In this document: positions 25,912-28,214 of the stretch, one piece after another
Position numbering within the stretch: position 1 is the first letter of the stretch
Layout of the letters: the number at the start of each line of letters is the position of its first letter
IMG/VR virus record: IMGVR_UViG_3300006143_000348
DNA from: a virus
Lineage: Duplodnaviria > Heunggongvirae > Uroviricota > Caudoviricetes
Direction: 5' to 3' (one strand)
Length of the DNA: 28,214 nt
The notes under the pieces: generated by a model
Databases searched by the model: none
Told to the model about the DNA's origin: nothing
The model's input: only the letters and a program-made list of their open reading frames with translations
Position numbers and translations under genes: made by a program

Positions 25912-26841
25912 ATGCAAAAGCACATTCATAAACTAACGCTGTTGTTCCTAACCCTATGTCTCGTCATAGCCGGAGCAATTTCCTCGCCCTCACGAGCATC
26001 CGCAGCGAAAATCAAGCTCAGTAAAAAGTCTGTTACCATCACAAAAGGCAAATCTGTCACTCTCAAGCTAAAAGGCACGAAGAAAAAACCCAAATGGTCT
26101 ACAAGCAATAAGAAAATCGCTACGGTCAGTAAGAAAGGCAAGGTCGTAGGGAAAAAAGCGGGTAATGCCAAGATTACTGCGAAAATAGGGAAGAAGAAGT
26201 ATGTTTGTAAGGTTAAGGTGACAAAACCGAAGCCGGTTCCACGACCTGTGCCGGAACCGACACCGCAACCGCAGCCTATTCCCAGTGAGCCTGAATACCC
26301 AACATATGGTGATTTTTCTTATTGGGTAGATGAAACCGGACAGGTGGAAAAAGGAGCCATTGTAATTTCGAAATATAATGGTCAGGATAAAGTTGTAACT
26401 ATACCGTCAACGATAAACGGATTGCCGGTTAGAGCAATTGGGGCTTATGCGTTTTCAGAATGTACGACCTTGACAGAGGTCAAGATACCTGAAGGGGTAA
26501 CAACAATAAGGCAGTATGCATTTTGGAGATGTACTAATTTGGTAAGCATAAACATACCTAATAGTGTAACCCAGATAGGTAGCTGCGTATTTGTACAGTG
26601 TAGTAGTTTAAGGAATATAGATATTCCAGCTAATTTAACCAAAATATTAATATACACATTTTCAGGCTGTACCAATTTAACAAAAGCAGTAATTCCTTCC
26701 AGTGTAACGTCTATACATCCTGATGCTTTTGAAGATTGCCCTAATTTAACTATTTATGGTTACGAAGGAACACATGCTAGTTCTTATGCGTCAAGTAACA
26801 AAATACCCTTTGTTGATTTAGCAGAAGATAACGAACATTAA
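25912..26841 (+). CDS. Secreted Ig-like + Pro linker + BspA-type LRR protein B
   Basis: Same N-terminus as protein A, then several IPxxVTxIxxxAFxxCxxL LRR_5 repeats. Confidence 0.92.
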   Translation: MQKHIHKLTLLFLTLCLVIAGAISSPSRASAAKIKLSKKSVTITKGKSVTLKLKGTKKKPKWSTSNKKIATVSKKGKVVGKKAGNAKITAKIGKKKYVCKVKVTKPKPVPRPVPEPTPQPQPIPSEPEYPTYGDFSYWVDETGQVEKGAIVISKYNGQDKVVTIPSTINGLPVRAIGAYAFSECTTLTEVKIPEGVTTIRQYAFWRCTNLVSINIPNSVTQIGSCVFVQCSSLRNIDIPANLTKILIYTFSGCTNLTKAVIPSSVTSIHPDAFEDCPNLTIYGYEGTHASSYASSNKIPFVDLAEDNEH

Positions 26842-26859
26842 TTATTTTGTGATATTTGT

Positions 26860-26910
26860 ATATCCTCCAGACCGAACTTTTAACTTTTGATTCAGCCTGG
26901 AGGATATTTG
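26860..26910. terminator. Bidirectional terminator between LRR-B and tail tip A
   Basis: atatcctccag...ctggaggatat 11-bp perfect stem. Confidence 0.7.
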
Positions 26911-26912
26911 AT

Positions 26913-28214
26913 TTAAATATTTATCATCCGTTCCAATTCTCTGATTTTAGCTTCGAGCATGTTGATTCTTTCATCTTTTTCTTTGTCCTTTTCAACTAAA
27001 TCTTTAACTATAGGAATCAATAAAGTCCATAGCTTTTCGTACATGATTCCTTCCACTTCACCCTCAGAATTGTACGTACAATATTTTGATAATCCTGCGT
27101 CGACAACGTCCTCAGCAATCAGCCCATAACAAGAATCAATGGTATCAATAGTACTATCTATATCAGGGTTCAGCTCATCTCCATTATATACCGCAGTGAG
27201 AACTTCGGCATAATTTTCTATGGATGTTTTATCGAACCATTGTTTAGGTATTAGCTGTAGAATATTGTAGGCGTAATCAGAGTTTTCCTCTAATGGTTTA
27301 ATATTCAGCTTATATTTAGAGGCAGAGGTTGCGCGGGTGAAACGGTTTGCAGAGTTTATGTAAACATTTGCTGTACCGCCTGTAGTATTGTACACATTCG
27401 ATGAATATAACGCACCATCAAATTTTGTAGCGCCTGAGAAGGTAGCTTCTCCATTAGTGCCATTAATAGAAACATAGGAAGTAGAAGAAGCTTTACCATC
27501 AGGAGTATAAGACAATTTTCCACACAGATGTATATTTGAATTACTAATTATATCAACATCTCCAACGGAGCCAATAGAAACGTAGGGTGTTTCTCGGTCT
27601 TCTCCGATTCCGTTGTATAAATCTAAATGTCCCATAAATTTATTGAAAGCACCTTTTAAGTACGCAAAGAATCGGTTTCTACGCAAACCATACTGCTTAA
27701 TTTTTGTTCCATCATTAAAATACGCAGTCAACCCCTCAGCGTCGCCATCATCAATATTGAACATTGACACTTTACCACTCGTAGCATTTATGCATCCAGT
27801 TACCTCTAAATCACCATCCTCATTAAATTTCAATACATCCGTATCTCCGTTCTTAATGTTCATTAGACATTCATCATTCGGGTTGACCGTGAACGTATTT
27901 ACACCATTACTTACTTCAAGCCCGTCTTCGGTAAACCTCATCGTGTTCGCAGCATTATAGATGCCTAAGTTCTGTCCCAAAATCAGCCTGCCTACAAGAA
28001 CTTCGCCGTTTATACCATAACCCTCTTTCGAGGTATCGTTTTCCGGGTCGTAGTAAATAATCTTGCCCACAGCAGTCTTTGAGGTCTCCCAGTTATCATC
28101 GGTAATCGCAAGCGTGGAATTAATGATTTTCATCTGTTCGTCAGTATACGAATCCGTGACGGCATCATACTTCCTAAACAGCATCCCGTGCGAATCCCAG
28201 GTCTGCGTCTGGTT
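26913..28214 (-). CDS. 3' part of a phage tail spike/fibre with S74-type chaperone, tip A (runs off the window)
   Basis: Frame open to the window end (NQTQTWDSHGMLFRKYD); TSASKYKLNI...YGLIAEDV...IMYEKLWTLLIPIVK chaperone. Confidence 0.85.
   Translation of the reverse strand, partial: NQTQTWDSHGMLFRKYDAVTDSYTDEQMKIINSTLAITDDNWETSKTAVGKIIYYDPENDTSKEGYGINGEVLVGRLILGQNLGIYNAANTMRFTEDGLEVSNGVNTFTVNPNDECLMNIKNGDTDVLKFNEDGDLEVTGCINATSGKVSMFNIDDGDAEGLTAYFNDGTKIKQYGLRRNRFFAYLKGAFNKFMGHLDLYNGIGEDRETPYVSIGSVGDVDIISNSNIHLCGKLSYTPDGKASSTSYVSINGTNGEATFSGATKFDGALYSSNVYNTTGGTANVYINSANRFTRATSASKYKLNIKPLEENSDYAYNILQLIPKQWFDKTSIENYAEVLTAVYNGDELNPDIDSTIDTIDSCYGLIAEDVVDAGLSKYCTYNSEGEVEGIMYEKLWTLLIPIVKDLVEKDKEKDERINMLEAKIRELERMINI

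Larger units (their letters stand above)
1..28214. mobile_element. Temperate phage segment: integrase/attP, cargo, lysis module, accessory island, tail genes
   Basis: Serine integrase, amidase, r1t-type holin, BppU-like protein and two tail-spike C-termini with S74-type chaperone motifs, in the usual integrase-converging-on-lysis layout. No host housekeeping gene seen. Confidence 0.85.

Noticed and set aside
301-27960. Remaining short ORF-track entries nested antisense or out of frame within long genes
   Set aside because: They overlap well-supported CDSs and show no RBS or motif support.
22980-28214. Diversity-generating retroelement (template/variable repeats)
   Set aside because: No reverse transcriptase in the window, and mismatches between repeats are not adenine-specific (many C/T and synonymous changes).
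23995-28214. Invertase-driven tail-fibre shufflon
   Set aside because: The cassettes are in direct orientation with long homology and no short inverted crossover sites or adjacent invertase; the only recombinase has integrase architecture and its own attP.

Overview
The window reads as part of a temperate phage of a Lachnospiraceae/Clostridiales-type Firmicute. At the left, a large serine integrase carries an apparently intact 48-bp attP dyad in its 3' end, followed by two tandem AAA-ATPase/PD-(D/E)XK nuclease genes (+ strand). These converge on the minus-strand late region: a Panacea TA pair, amidase endolysin, a par/Fst-like type I TA inside the lysis module, holins and a BppU-like protein. 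About 12 kb of low-GC cargo (10.8-23 kb) separates that block from the tail genes. The cargo includes an Rpn nuclease with an internal RpnS-like start, a coupled 4-gene operon, a CFI-box-CTERM protein, a nucleotide-cyclase-like gene pair, an ImmA/IrrE plus membrane-protein pair flanked by 30-bp direct repeats, a frameshifted tnpB IS and a second type I TA. The most striking structure is at 23-28.2 kb: two tandem ~2.9-kb units, each a secreted Ig-LRR gene (+) converging on a tail-spike C-terminus (-). The 5' parts of both genes are conserved between units and both 3' parts are unrelated, suggesting a two-sided exchangeable cassette that keeps each tail tip with its own LRR domain. Family assignments come from motif recognition only; no searches were run.
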